From an uncultured delta proteobacterium (lineage in GTDB: Bacteria; Desulfobacterota; Desulfomonilia; UBA1062), in assembly GCA_963785235.1 (NCBI GenBank), contig CAWAUM010000013.1:173540-237539 (forward strand): a stretch of 64,000 bases of DNA. The letters run 5' to 3'. The notes under the pieces were generated by a model. It had not been told where the DNA came from. It saw only the letters and a program-made list of their open reading frames with translations, and did not search any database. Below, piece by piece: positions 10,608-20,426 of the stretch; position 1 is the first letter of the stretch, and each line of letters opens with the position of its first letter. A program made the translations under genes and the position numbers.

Positions 10608-11683
10608 ATGATCAAAAAAATCATGAAAGGATTGATAGCCATGCTGATTCTTATGCCGTTGTCTAGCGGTGTTTCGGCTGATACCAAATATGAAGTGGCC
10701 ACCTTTGCCGGGGGATGTTTCTGGTGCATGGAGCATCCCTTTGACAAGCTCCCCGGGGTGAAAGAGGTTATATCGGGTTATACCGGGGGACATACAGTGA
10801 ACCCCACCTATGAGGAGAACTCATCCGGAACAACCGGACACGCCGAGGCCATCCAGGTGACCTATGACCCTGCGAAGATATCGTATGCGGAACCTGCTGG
10901 AGGTGTTCTGGCGGCAGATTGACCCCACCGATGCCGTCGGACAGTTTGTGGACAGGGGCAACCAGTACCGCAGCGGCATCTTCTACCACAATGATGAGCA
11001 GAAGCGGCTTGCCCAGGAGTCCAGGGACCGGCTCGCAAAATCGGGCAGATTTACAAAACCCATTATCACCGAGATCGTGAAGGCAGGCACATTCTATAAG
11101 GCGGAAGAATACCATCAGAATTACTACAAGAAAAACCCGGTGCGGTATAAGTACTACCGGTTCAACTCAGGCCGTGACAAGTTTCTTGACAAGGCCTGGG
11201 GGAAAGACAGAGAATATGCGCCAGGGAAGACCGGAACCGGTTCATTTACCAAGCCGAGCGCAGAGGTATTGAAAAAGAAGCTCACGCCCATGCAGTTCAA
11301 GGTAACCCAGAAAGAGGGAACGGAACCGGCCTTTGACAATGTGTACTGGAACAACAAACACGATGGCATCTACGTGGACATCGTCTCCGGCGAGCCCCTG
11401 TTCAGCTCCAGGGATAAGTATGACTCGGGCACCGGCTGGCCCAGCTTCACCAGGCCGTTGGAGCCGGGAAATATCGTGGAAAAGCAGGACAAGAGCCTGT
11501 TCTCGGTAAGGACAGAGGTGAGGAGCAAAAATGCCGATTCCCACTTGGGCCACGTATTCGATGACGGTCCTGCCCCTACGGGACTGCGCTATTGCATGAA
11601 CTCGGCGGCCTTGCGGTTCATCCCCAAGGAGGACCTGCAAAAAGAAGGATACGGCTCGGTACCTTAAACTGTTTGATAAATAA
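10608..11683 (+). CDS. msrAB: Exported bifunctional methionine sulfoxide reductase MsrA/MsrB (frameshifts near 10890 and 11656)
   Basis: Signal peptide, [40 protein letters not shown]; split over ORFs 10608..10922 and 10864..11667, C-terminus RYLKLFDK in the next frame. Confidence 0.9.
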
Positions 11684-11698
11684 TTGGAGTAAAGGGCA

Positions 11699-12367
11699 AT
11701 GAAAAAAAAGCATGTTATTCTATTAGCCGTATCGTTGTTCATAATCCTTCTCGGCGCTGTCTTCATCTATGAGAGGGTCTATAATAGTGAACCTACTATT
11801 GATGAACTCAAGCTGCTCGCCAATCAGGGGGATATGGATGCACAGAATAGACTCGGGGCTGCTTACTTTAACGGCAAGGGCGTAGAGAAGAACATGGCAG
11901 AAGCCCAGAGATGGTTCAAACTCTCAGCCCAGAAAGGATATGCAAAGTCGCAATATAATCTTGGGGTAATGTATTATGCCGGACAAGGTGTGCCGCAAAG
12001 CCTCGCAGAGGCCCTAGATTGGTTCGGCAAGGCAGCCCTTCAGGGGTTTGCTGATGCTCAATATAATCTTGGGGTGATGAATTATCAGGGTGCGGGCATA
12101 ATGCAAAATTATCCGGAAGCCTTCAAGCTGTACAGCCAGGCAGCCCAAAAGGGACATGCCCTGGCACAGTATAATCTTGGATTGATGTATCTTGCCGGCA
12201 ATGGCATACCCAAGGACCTGGTAAAGGCATATATGTGGCTTTCATTGGCAGCAGCACAGAAAGTTCCCGAAGCAGTAAAAAACCGGGATTATCTGGAAGC
12301 AAAAATGTCACCCAGCCAACTAGCAGAGGCCCGGAAACTGGCAAACGACTGGAAGCCTGTAAAATAG
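11699..12367 (+). CDS. Sel1-like repeat protein with N-terminal membrane anchor
   Basis: Repeated AQYNLGxMYxxGxG motifs, KAYMWLSLAA. Confidence 0.92.
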   Translation: MKKKHVILLAVSLFIILLGAVFIYERVYNSEPTIDELKLLANQGDMDAQNRLGAAYFNGKGVEKNMAEAQRWFKLSAQKGYAKSQYNLGVMYYAGQGVPQSLAEALDWFGKAALQGFADAQYNLGVMNYQGAGIMQNYPEAFKLYSQAAQKGHALAQYNLGLMYLAGNGIPKDLVKAYMWLSLAAAQKVPEAVKNRDYLEAKMSPSQLAEARKLANDWKPVK

Positions 12368-12450
12368 GTTCCCACTGCAAGAAAGCGAACACCACCTTAT
12401 CTTTCTCATCTTTCCACTCATCTTGTTGAAATACACAGAATTTGTGATAT

Positions 12451-12900
12451 TCACTTTCCCCGGAGAACCGCCTGAATCAGGCCATCGAGATGCTGCAGGA
12501 AGCGGGAACGGTCTCGCTTTCCAAAAGGAGGGGGCCCGCAGGTATTGTTCCCCATCTCGCGCAGGTAAACTGACAGTTCTCTATTTGCAAGGGCATCGCC
12601 TATGGTTTCATTGGTTAAAACACGTCCCTTGGGGTCTATCACACGCGCTCCATTCTTCAGGCACCGCGATGCAAGGGGGATGTCAGCCGATACTGCGATA
12701 TCGTTTTCATTGATATTCTCTGCAATCCAGTCGTCGGCAGCATCAAAATGGTCCTTGACAACCACCATCTCGGCAAAAACGTCTTTCGGAATCTTTATGC
12801 TGGAGTTGGAGACAAGAAACACCTTGAACCCGTAACGTTTGGCAACCCGGAACACCTCATCCTTTACCGGGCATGCGTCGGCATCAACAAATATCTCCAT
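12451..12900 (-). CDS. YaiI/YqxD family protein (DUF188)
   Basis: IFVDADACPVK, DAADDWI, DIPLASRC. Confidence 0.92.
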   Translation of the reverse strand: MEIFVDADACPVKDEVFRVAKRYGFKVFLVSNSSIKIPKDVFAEMVVVKDHFDAADDWIAENINENDIAVSADIPLASRCLKNGARVIDPKGRVLTNETIGDALANRELSVYLREMGNNTCGPPPFGKRDRSRFLQHLDGLIQAVLRGK

Positions 12901-13124
12901 CAGGAAGCGCCCTTGCCGCTGAGGTACAGATCTTCAACCTTCTTCCTGGCCCAGGGTGTTTTCCTTAAGAATATCAAACTGGACTTGATGCTTGGATTAT
13001 TATGAAAACACCTGACACTGATAGTCCTTCCCAGCTCATCCCATCCGAAATGTTCAACCAGTTCGGTGAGAATCTTTTCAAGGGTCAGGCCGTGCAGAGG
13101 ATTGTTTGGTTGTTGGTCAGCCAT
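12900..13124 (-). CDS. VF530 family DNA-binding protein (DUF2132)
   Basis: [13 protein letters not shown]...[21 protein letters not shown]. Confidence 0.92.
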   Translation of the reverse strand: MADQQPNNPLHGLTLEKILTELVEHFGWDELGRTISVRCFHNNPSIKSSLIFLRKTPWARKKVEDLYLSGKGAS

Positions 13125-13165
13125 GTTTTATGCCTGATTGTCACTTTCTCAATCTTTCAAGACCA

Positions 13166-13200
13166 TAGGTTGGGTTTCGTTTTCACTCAACCCAACCTAC
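13166..13200 (-). repeat. GTAG-type REP palindrome
   Basis: Minus strand GTAGGTTGGGTTGAGTGAAAACGAAACCCAACCTA, 11-bp arms, just downstream of typA. Confidence 0.65.
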
Positions 13201-13217
13201 AGTTACTTCTTGCCGCT

Positions 13218-15059
13218 CTAACCGGACGCCTTCTTCTTCGCCACGCTCATGCCATGGCGTTTTAACGCGGAGAGCTGGGTCTTGCGGAGCCTGACGGATT
13301 TGGGTGTCACCTCCACCATCTCGTCTTCCTTGATGAACTGCAGGGCCTTCTCCAGGGTCATGGGCGTTATGGGCGAGAGCATGATATTGTCGTCGCGTCC
13401 TGCGGCCCTCATGTTGGTGAGCTTCTTCAGCTTGCAGGGGTTCACGTCGATGTCGTTCTCACGGCTGTGCTCGCCCACGATCATGCCTTCGTAGATAGGG
13501 TCGCCCGGCACCACGATGAGCCTGCCCCTGGGCTCCAGGCCGCTTAAGGCATACGGTACGGCAACGCCCTTGCGGTCGGCCACGATGGACCCGGTGTAAC
13601 GGCTCGCGAACTCGCCTCGGTGTTCTTCATAGCCCAGCAGGTACGAACTCATGATGCCCGTGCCCTTGGTGTCGGTGAGGAACTCGTCACGGTACCCTAT
13701 GAGGCCCCGCGATGGTATATTGAACTCTATCCTCACCCGGCCGGCGCCGTGGCTTGTGTAGTTGATCATCCTGCCCTTGCGGATGGAGAGCTTCTGGGTG
13801 ACAATGCCCAGATACTCCTCGCCGCAGTCGATATAGAGGTGCTCGATGGGCTCCAGCACCTTGCCATCCTTGTATTCGTTGATGACCTCGGGCCTGCTGA
13901 CGCACATTTCGAAGCCCTCGCGCCGCATGGTCTCGATGAGGATGGCAAGCTGGAACTCGCCCCGGCCCTTGATGATGAAGCCGTCCCTGTCAGAGGGAAC
14001 TTCAAGCTGGATGGACACGTTGCGGAGCGTCTCCTTGACGAGGCGCTCGTATATCCTGTTGGACTGCACATAGGCGCCCTCAGTGCCGGCCAGCGGTGAA
14101 GTGTTGGCAACAATACGCATGGACACGGTGGGCTCATCCACGATTATCCGTTTCAGTGCCTTGGGGGCCTCCTGGGTGCAGATGGTGTCACCGATCTTCA
14201 CATTCTCGATGCCTGCCAGCACCACGATGTCTCCGGGTTGCGCAGTGGCGACATCACGGATGCTTATCCCCTCATAGCTCTGGAGCTTGGTGACCTTGAG
14301 CGGGATCTGAACGCCTTCGGCATTGATGCACAGGAGCGCATCACTGGCGGTCGTATGCCCATGGTGGATCTTGCCGATGGCAAGCCTGCCTACATAATCG
14401 GAATAGTCCAGGTCGGAGACCAGCATCTGGAAGGGTTCCGCCAGGTCGTATGACGGGGCCGGGATCTTGGAGAGGATGGTTTCGAAGAGGCACTTGAGGT
14501 CCACGGGGACATCATCCAAGGATTTCATGGCGATCCCGTCGCGGCCGATGGCATACAGGCAGGGGAAATTGATCTGCTCGTCATCGGCACCAAGGTCGAT
14601 GAAGAGGTCGTATATCTCGTTCAAAACCTCTTCGGTCCGTGCGTCCTTGCGGTCGATCTTGTTGATCACAACGATCACCTTGAGGCCGGCCTCCAGGGTC
14701 TTTTTCAACACGAAACGGGTCTGCGGCAGGGGCCCTTCGGAGGCATCCACCAGGAGGATGGCGCCGTCCGCCATGGAGAGCGCCCGTTCCACCTCGCCCC
14801 CGAAGTCGGCATGGCCGGGGGTGTCGATGATGTTTATCTTCACACCGCCCCAGATCACGGAACAGTTCTTGGCGGCGATGGTGATGCCGCGTTCGCGTTC
14901 CAGATCCATACTGTCCATAATCCTGGTCTCTACCTCCTGGCCATCACGGAATACACCGCTCTGACGGAACATGGCATCCACAAGGGTGGTCTTCCCATGG
15001 TCGACATGGGCAATGATGGCGACATTCCTGATCTTTTTATTCCTTGCGGGCTGATTCAT
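13218..15059 (-). CDS. typA: Translational GTPase TypA/BipA
   Basis: IRNVAIIAHVDHGKTT, ERERGITI, DTPGHADFGGEVER, GRGEFQL, KKLTNMRA. Confidence 0.97.
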   Translation of the reverse strand: MNQPARNKKIRNVAIIAHVDHGKTTLVDAMFRQSGVFRDGQEVETRIMDSMDLERERGITIAAKNCSVIWGGVKINIIDTPGHADFGGEVERALSMADGAILLVDASEGPLPQTRFVLKKTLEAGLKVIVVINKIDRKDARTEEVLNEIYDLFIDLGADDEQINFPCLYAIGRDGIAMKSLDDVPVDLKCLFETILSKIPAPSYDLAEPFQMLVSDLDYSDYVGRLAIGKIHHGHTTASDALLCINAEGVQIPLKVTKLQSYEGISIRDVATAQPGDIVVLAGIENVKIGDTICTQEAPKALKRIIVDEPTVSMRIVANTSPLAGTEGAYVQSNRIYERLVKETLRNVSIQLEVPSDRDGFIIKGRGEFQLAILIETMRREGFEMCVSRPEVINEYKDGKVLEPIEHLYIDCGEEYLGIVTQKLSIRKGRMINYTSHGAGRVRIEFNIPSRGLIGYRDEFLTDTKGTGIMSSYLLGYEEHRGEFASRYTGSIVADRKGVAVPYALSGLEPRGRLIVVPGDPIYEGMIVGEHSRENDIDVNPCKLKKLTNMRAAGRDDNIMLSPITPMTLEKALQFIKEDEMVEVTPKSVRLRKTQLSALKRHGMSVAKKKASG

Positions 15060-15217
15060 GGTGATCCTTTCACTGCGTAAGGCGTGTTCTCAACAGCGCT
15101 CAGTGCCATATACCACGTGAAGCCCCTTGGCAACAGAATTCTTTTGTGAAAAAGGATATGGCAGTTGCTGTTTCTGATGCTTGGTGCTATACAATGCGTC
15201 CTGAATCGAGGCCTCCC

Positions 15218-16303
15218 ATGAAGATAGGGCTAGTAGGACTGAAGAAATCGGGCAAGACCACCATATTCAATGCGCTCACACGCATGGATATCGCCATAGA
15301 CCAGTACTCATCCGCCAAGGATGAGCCGAATGTGGCTGTGGTGCATGTGGCGGACCCCCGTATCACGCGATTAAGCGATTTATACAAACCAAAAAAGACC
15401 ACCCATGCAACCCTGGAGTGCATCGATTTCGGCGGGTTCCGCAGTGAAGGCGGCAGCGATAAAAAAGAGGTCTTCTCGGCCTCCGAGCTGGGCCTCATCA
15501 AAACCTCCGATGCCCTGGCCCTTGTGGTGAGGAACTTCCATGATGAGTATATCGACAACCTTCTGGGTGGGCCTGACCCTCTCTCGGAGATCACCGGCAT
15601 CATCTCGGAGCTCATCCTGTCCGACCTCATCCTGGCGGAGACCAGGCTCGAGCGCATTGACCACCAGATAAGCAGAGGCCAGAAGAATGCACCCCTGGAG
15701 CTGGAACAGGACGCACTCCGGAAGGTAAGGGACTTCCTCGACAAGGGAGACCTTAATGTGCCCCCCACCCTTTCCGCGGATGAAGAAAAGGTCCTGCGCG
15801 GCTTCAGGTTCCTCACACTGAAGCCCATGCTCGTCATACTCAACTCGGATGAAGACTCCTTCGGCCGAAATGCCGAGCTGCTTGGACGGATCTGGAAGGA
15901 CTACCGCGGCATCGAGTTTGCCGGCAGATTCGAGATGGACCTCTCCCGGCTCGATGCCAATGAGGCGGCCGAATTCATGGCGGATATGGGCATCAGCGCC
16001 TCTGCCAGAGACCGGCTCACCCTGGCTGCCTACGAGCTGCTGGGTTATATCTCGTTCTTCACCGTGGGCGCAGACGAGGTGCGCGCCTGGACCATCCGCA
16101 AAGGTGACACCGCGGTGGATGCAGCCGCTGCAATCCATTCCGACCTGGCCAGGGGGTTCATACGGGCCGAATGCTTCACCTATGACGATATCATGGCCCA
16201 TAGTTCCGAGAAGGCACTGAAGGATAAGGGGCTCATACGGCTCGAAGGCAAAACCTATCCGGTCAAAGACGGCGACATCCTGTCCATCAGGTTCAGTGTG
16301 TAA
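15218..16303 (+). CDS. ychF: YchF-like Obg-family NTPase (divergent)
   Basis: MKIGLVG..SGKTTIFNALT, LTLKP, FFTVGADEVRAWTI, IHSDLARGFIRAE, RLEGKTYPVKDGD. Confidence 0.85.
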   Translation: MKIGLVGLKKSGKTTIFNALTRMDIAIDQYSSAKDEPNVAVVHVADPRITRLSDLYKPKKTTHATLECIDFGGFRSEGGSDKKEVFSASELGLIKTSDALALVVRNFHDEYIDNLLGGPDPLSEITGIISELILSDLILAETRLERIDHQISRGQKNAPLELEQDALRKVRDFLDKGDLNVPPTLSADEEKVLRGFRFLTLKPMLVILNSDEDSFGRNAELLGRIWKDYRGIEFAGRFEMDLSRLDANEAAEFMADMGISASARDRLTLAAYELLGYISFFTVGADEVRAWTIRKGDTAVDAAAAIHSDLARGFIRAECFTYDDIMAHSSEKALKDKGLIRLEGKTYPVKDGDILSIRFSV

Positions 16304-16357
16304 CGATAAGGAATAGTCTTAGGTAATGCCCCTGTGTTTATCAGGTGATCTGTTTGA

Positions 16358-16493
16358 CCCGGATTTTGCATTCTAAGACTTGCAAAAACTTGATCCGTTC
16401 AAATCCTTTATCTTGCAGCCTTTGTGCAGTGCTGATTAATACGGTCCTAGAGGCTGCAAGATAAAGGATTTGAACGGACCTGTTAAAAAACAA
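16358..16493. mobile_element. MITE-like element, copy C (left end plus 28-bp hairpin at 16394-16478; right end degenerate or absent)
   Basis: CCCGGATTTTGC left end; perfect 28-bp arms with a compensatory A-T to T-A change relative to copy A. Confidence 0.7.
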
Positions 16494-16711
16494 TTCCCTG
16501 GCATATCGGGTATATCCCCGGCAGCTTGCAGCGGGGATATCATATGCCTGATATTTTTCGCTTTGAAAAAAATCGGAAGTTCATTATATGAAGGTGTCTT
16601 TGGTACCAGAAGAGAAGATTTGCGGATGCTCCATCAGCCTTTAAATAAAAGAGGCTGTTGAGAAATACCGCAAGGCCGGTTGATCCTGCAGCACTTCAAA
16701 GGAGATTACCC

Positions 16712-18397
16712 ATGAGCAATGGGACGGAAAAGATCATATATTCCATGATGAGGGTAAGCAAATCTTACCAGAACAAACCGGTAATAAAGGATATTTCCCT
16801 GTCTTATTTTTACGGGGCCAAGATCGGTGTGCTCGGTCTGAACGGGTCAGGAAAAAGTACGCTGCTGCGCATCATGGCCGGTGTTGATGATAAGTTCGAC
16901 GGCAAGGCTATCATCTCGCCGGGATACACCTTAGGACTGCTTGAACAGGAGCCCAAGCTCGACGCGGACAAGACGGTGAAGGCAGTTGTGGAAGAAGGCC
17001 TGCAGGATACCGTTGACCTGGTCAAGGAGTATAATGCCATCAGCGAAAAATTCTCAGAGCCCATGAGTGACGACGAGATGGACAAGCTCATGGCACGACA
17101 GGGTGAGTTGCAGGAAAAGATCGACCACGTCAATGCCTGGGATATCGAGTCACGCCTGGACATGGCCATGGATGCGCTGCGCTGCCCCCCTGCCGATACA
17201 CCCATCCGTGTTCTTTCAGGCGGTGAAAAGAGGCGGGTGGCCCTGTGCAGGCTCCTGCTGCAGAAACCCGACATCCTTCTTCTGGATGAACCGACCAATC
17301 ATCTTGACGCAGAGACTGTGGCCTGGCTTGAGCATCACCTCCAGCAGTATGAAGGCACGGTCATCGCGGTCACCCATGACCGGTATTTTCTGGATAACGT
17401 AGCCGGCTGGATCCTGGAGCTTGACCGGGGATACGGCATCCCCTGGAAGGGCAACTACTCGTCCTGGCTCGAGCAGAAGCAGAACAGGCTCGCCACTGAG
17501 GAGAAGCATGAGTCAGAGCGGCAGAAGACCCTGCAGCGGGAATTGGAGTGGATTCACATGTCACCCAAGGGCCGCCATGCCAAGGCAAAGGCGCGCATCA
17601 ATTCATATGAGAACCTCCTGAATCAGAACTTCGAGAAAGAGGACCGCGAGCTCGAGATCTATATCCCGCCGGGACCACGCCTGGGAAAGCTCGTCATACA
17701 GGCGGAGAATGTTTCCAAGGCTTACGGAGAAAATCTGCTCTTTGAGAATATGAATTTCTCGCTGCCCGCAGGTGGTATCGTGGGCATTATCGGTCCCAAC
17801 GGCGCAGGCAAGACAACACTCTTCAGGATGATAACCGGTAAGGAACAGCCCGACAGCGGCACCATCAGGATCGGAGAGTCCGTAAAGCTCTCCTATGTCG
17901 ACCAGGAACGTGACACCCTGGATCCCGGCAAGAACATCTGGGAAGTGATATCCGGCGGCCACGATACGATAGAGCTCGGCAAGCAGGAGGTGAACTCCAG
18001 GGCCTATGTGGCGCGGTTCAACTTCTCGGGAACCGACCAGCAGAAAAAGGTGAACATGATCTCGGGCGGAGAACGCAACCGCGTGCACCTCGCATGCATG
18101 CTCAAGGAAGGCGCCAATGTGCTGCTTTTGGACGAACCGACCAACGATCTGGACGTGAACACCATGCGCGCCCTTGAGGAAGCCCTGGAGCACTTTGGCG
18201 GATGTGCGGTCATCATCACCCACGACCGCTGGTTTTTAGACCGCATTGCCACGCATATCCTTGCCTTCGAGGGGGACAGCTCCGTGGTATGGTCCGAAGG
18301 CAATTACTCCGATTACGAGGCGGACAGGAAGAAGAGGCTTGGCAAGGCAGCCGACCAGCCGCACAGGATCAAGTACCGGCACCTGACTAGGGGGTAG
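16712..18397 (+). CDS. ettA: Energy-dependent translational throttle EttA (ABC-F)
   Basis: IIYSMMRVSK, GAKIGVLGLNGSGKST, LSGGEKRR, second ABC domain, PHRIKYR C-terminus. Confidence 0.95.
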   Translation: MSNGTEKIIYSMMRVSKSYQNKPVIKDISLSYFYGAKIGVLGLNGSGKSTLLRIMAGVDDKFDGKAIISPGYTLGLLEQEPKLDADKTVKAVVEEGLQDTVDLVKEYNAISEKFSEPMSDDEMDKLMARQGELQEKIDHVNAWDIESRLDMAMDALRCPPADTPIRVLSGGEKRRVALCRLLLQKPDILLLDEPTNHLDAETVAWLEHHLQQYEGTVIAVTHDRYFLDNVAGWILELDRGYGIPWKGNYSSWLEQKQNRLATEEKHESERQKTLQRELEWIHMSPKGRHAKAKARINSYENLLNQNFEKEDRELEIYIPPGPRLGKLVIQAENVSKAYGENLLFENMNFSLPAGGIVGIIGPNGAGKTTLFRMITGKEQPDSGTIRIGESVKLSYVDQERDTLDPGKNIWEVISGGHDTIELGKQEVNSRAYVARFNFSGTDQQKKVNMISGGERNRVHLACMLKEGANVLLLDEPTNDLDVNTMRALEEALEHFGGCAVIITHDRWFLDRIATHILAFEGDSSVVWSEGNYSDYEADRKKRLGKAADQPHRIKYRHLTRG

Positions 18398-18439
18398 ACC
18401 GGTCGTTTGTGGAATGAAGAAGAACAGGAGGAGAAATCC

Positions 18440-19015
18440 ATGAAAGTGGTCGCCTTTAACGGGAGCGCACGAAGAGACGGGAATACGGCCATCCTTGTGA
18501 AGCATGTGTTTGCAGAACTGGAAAAGAAAGGCATAGAAACGGAACTGGTCCAACTGGCCCGCAAAGACATACGCGGCTGCATTGTCTGCTACAAGTGCTT
18601 TACCAATCTGGACAAACAGTGCTCGGTAAAGAATGACTCGGTAAACGAATGCATCAGCAAGATGCTTGATGCCGATGGGATCATCCTGGCATCCCCCACC
18701 TACTTCACCGATGTCACAACCGAGATGAAGGCGCTCATCGACAGGGCAGGCATGGTGGCAAAGGCAAACAGCGACATGTTCAAACGCAAGGTGGGGGCCG
18801 CTGTTGTAGCAGCCAGAAGGGGTGGCGCCATCCATACCTTCGACACGCTGAACCACTTCTTTTTTATCAGCCAGATGGTCGTGCCCGGGTCAAACTACTG
18901 GAACGTGGGTATCGGTAGGGAACCGGGCGACGTGGATAAAGACGCAGAAGGGATCACCACCATGAAGACCCTCGGTGAGAACATGGCATGGCTTATGAAG
19001 AAGATTCACTCATAA
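18440..19015 (+). CDS. Flavodoxin family / iron-sulfur flavoprotein
   Basis: NGSARRDGNT, CIVCYKC..C, LASPTYF; AGGAGG RBS. Confidence 0.9.
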   Translation: MKVVAFNGSARRDGNTAILVKHVFAELEKKGIETELVQLARKDIRGCIVCYKCFTNLDKQCSVKNDSVNECISKMLDADGIILASPTYFTDVTTEMKALIDRAGMVAKANSDMFKRKVGAAVVAARRGGAIHTFDTLNHFFFISQMVVPGSNYWNVGIGREPGDVDKDAEGITTMKTLGENMAWLMKKIHS

Positions 19016-19041
19016 GGGGTACGACTTTAGAAAGGAGACCC

Positions 19042-19359
19042 ATGTCGCCACAGAACGAACAGCAACTGAGAGATAAGCTTACCGGCGAACTCGATGTGTC
19101 CTCGTGGAAGGGGTTGATCCCCGAGATGCTCTCCAAATCGCTCTTTAGCGTTTCCAAAGACCTCGACCTGGTGGAAGTGGGTGTACGGGTAGCCATGGAC
19201 TGTAGCAATGAGGTGAAACAATGGCTAGATTCCGGTCTCCTGAAGCGGCCTACCAAGGATCAGATCCGTCATTGGGAGACCTTCGGCTCCCTCTTCCAGT
19301 TCATCATCGTTGAGCCCTATGTCTTCTTCCAGGAATACGACGTCAAGATCAATTCATAA
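19042..19359 (+). CDS. DUF2288-like protein
   Basis: LDLVEVG...D..EVKQWL...FIIVEPYVFFQE. Confidence 0.75.
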   Translation: MSPQNEQQLRDKLTGELDVSSWKGLIPEMLSKSLFSVSKDLDLVEVGVRVAMDCSNEVKQWLDSGLLKRPTKDQIRHWETFGSLFQFIIVEPYVFFQEYDVKINS

Positions 19360-19374
19360 CTATAACAGTATGTT

Positions 19375-19401
19375 GGGTTCATTCAAATGCAGAATCCGGG
19401 T
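19375..19401. mobile_element. Solo right end of the MITE family
   Basis: GGGTTCATTCAAATGCAGAATCCGGGT matches the 3' end of copy B (GGGCACATTCAAAAGCAAAATCCGGGT). Confidence 0.55.
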
Positions 19402-19457
19402 AAAACACTGGCAGTGGTTAGCCATATGATCTATCGCACCGGGAAAAGGACGAACCC

Positions 19458-20300
19458 TTGACACCGCATATCCTGGGGGTGCTCTGCGCCCTCCTCTCGG
19501 CCGTGATCTGGGGCACGGGCGACTTCACCGGCGGCATTGCCACGAGGTCAAAAAATGAGTATCAGGTCCTCTTCCTGGCATCGATCCCCGGCATAACGAT
19601 CCTGGCAATCTTTGCCCTGTTATTCAAAGAAGTAATTCCGTCTGCAAAAGATGCATTATGGTCCTTCAGTGCGGGCCTGTCGGGAGCTTTTGGCATTACA
19701 GCCCTCTATAAGGGGCTCTCCCTGGGGAATGCCGCTGCCATAGCACCCATTGCGGCGGTTATCGGTGCCGGGCTCCCGGTGGTATTCAGCTTCCTTGAAC
19801 TCGGCCTGCCCGGCTCGGTTCAGATCCTGGGTTTCATCATGGCCATTATGGGCATCTGGCTCGTATCCAGACCTCCTGGGGGCCAGAGACATGCAAACAG
19901 ACAGGAGCTGATCCTGGCGATGATTGCCGGGGTTGGGTTCGGCGGCTTTTTCATCCTCATCGTCCAGGTGGACAAGGGGCTTGTGTTCTTGCCCCTGGTC
20001 ATCTCAAAGATTGCAGCGATCATTCTTGCCGTTTCCACCCTCCTGTTCAGGCGTGAGACGCTTCCTTCCCTGAAAGGAAACCCCATCGCACTCGTTACCG
20101 GTCTGTTCGATGCGGGGGGAAACATCTTTTTCATGCTGGCAAAGCAGTATACCAGGCTCGATGTGGCTGCCGTGCTTGCCTCCATGTACCCTTCCATCAC
20201 CGTGATCCTCGCCTGGATGATCCTGAAGGAAAAGGTTTGTGCATCCCAGTGGCAGGGGGTGGTACTGTGCATCATTGCCATCGCCCTCATCGGGGTGTGA
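19458..20300 (+). CDS. EamA/DMT family transporter
   Basis: About ten hydrophobic segments, WGTGDFTGG, LASMYP..TVILA..ILKEK. Confidence 0.9.
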   Translation: MTPHILGVLCALLSAVIWGTGDFTGGIATRSKNEYQVLFLASIPGITILAIFALLFKEVIPSAKDALWSFSAGLSGAFGITALYKGLSLGNAAAIAPIAAVIGAGLPVVFSFLELGLPGSVQILGFIMAIMGIWLVSRPPGGQRHANRQELILAMIAGVGFGGFFILIVQVDKGLVFLPLVISKIAAIILAVSTLLFRRETLPSLKGNPIALVTGLFDAGGNIFFMLAKQYTRLDVAAVLASMYPSITVILAWMILKEKVCASQWQGVVLCIIAIALIGV

Positions 20301-20315
20301 TGCCTGCTGAATTGG

Positions 20316-20366
20316 CCCGTTCAAAACATGGATCTCGGCTTCACCGAGATTCATGTTTTGAACGGG
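20316..20366. terminator. 23-bp hairpin between convergent genes, related to the CCGTTCAAAAC hairpin family
   Basis: CCCGTTCAAAACATGGATCTCGG-CTTCA-CCGAGATTCATGTTTTGAACGGG, one G-T pair. Confidence 0.7.
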
Positions 20367-20426
20367 TAAGGTCTTTTTCTCGCAACAAATTGTTTGGAGA
20401 ATTGTGTAAGCGCCTCTTACCATTTT

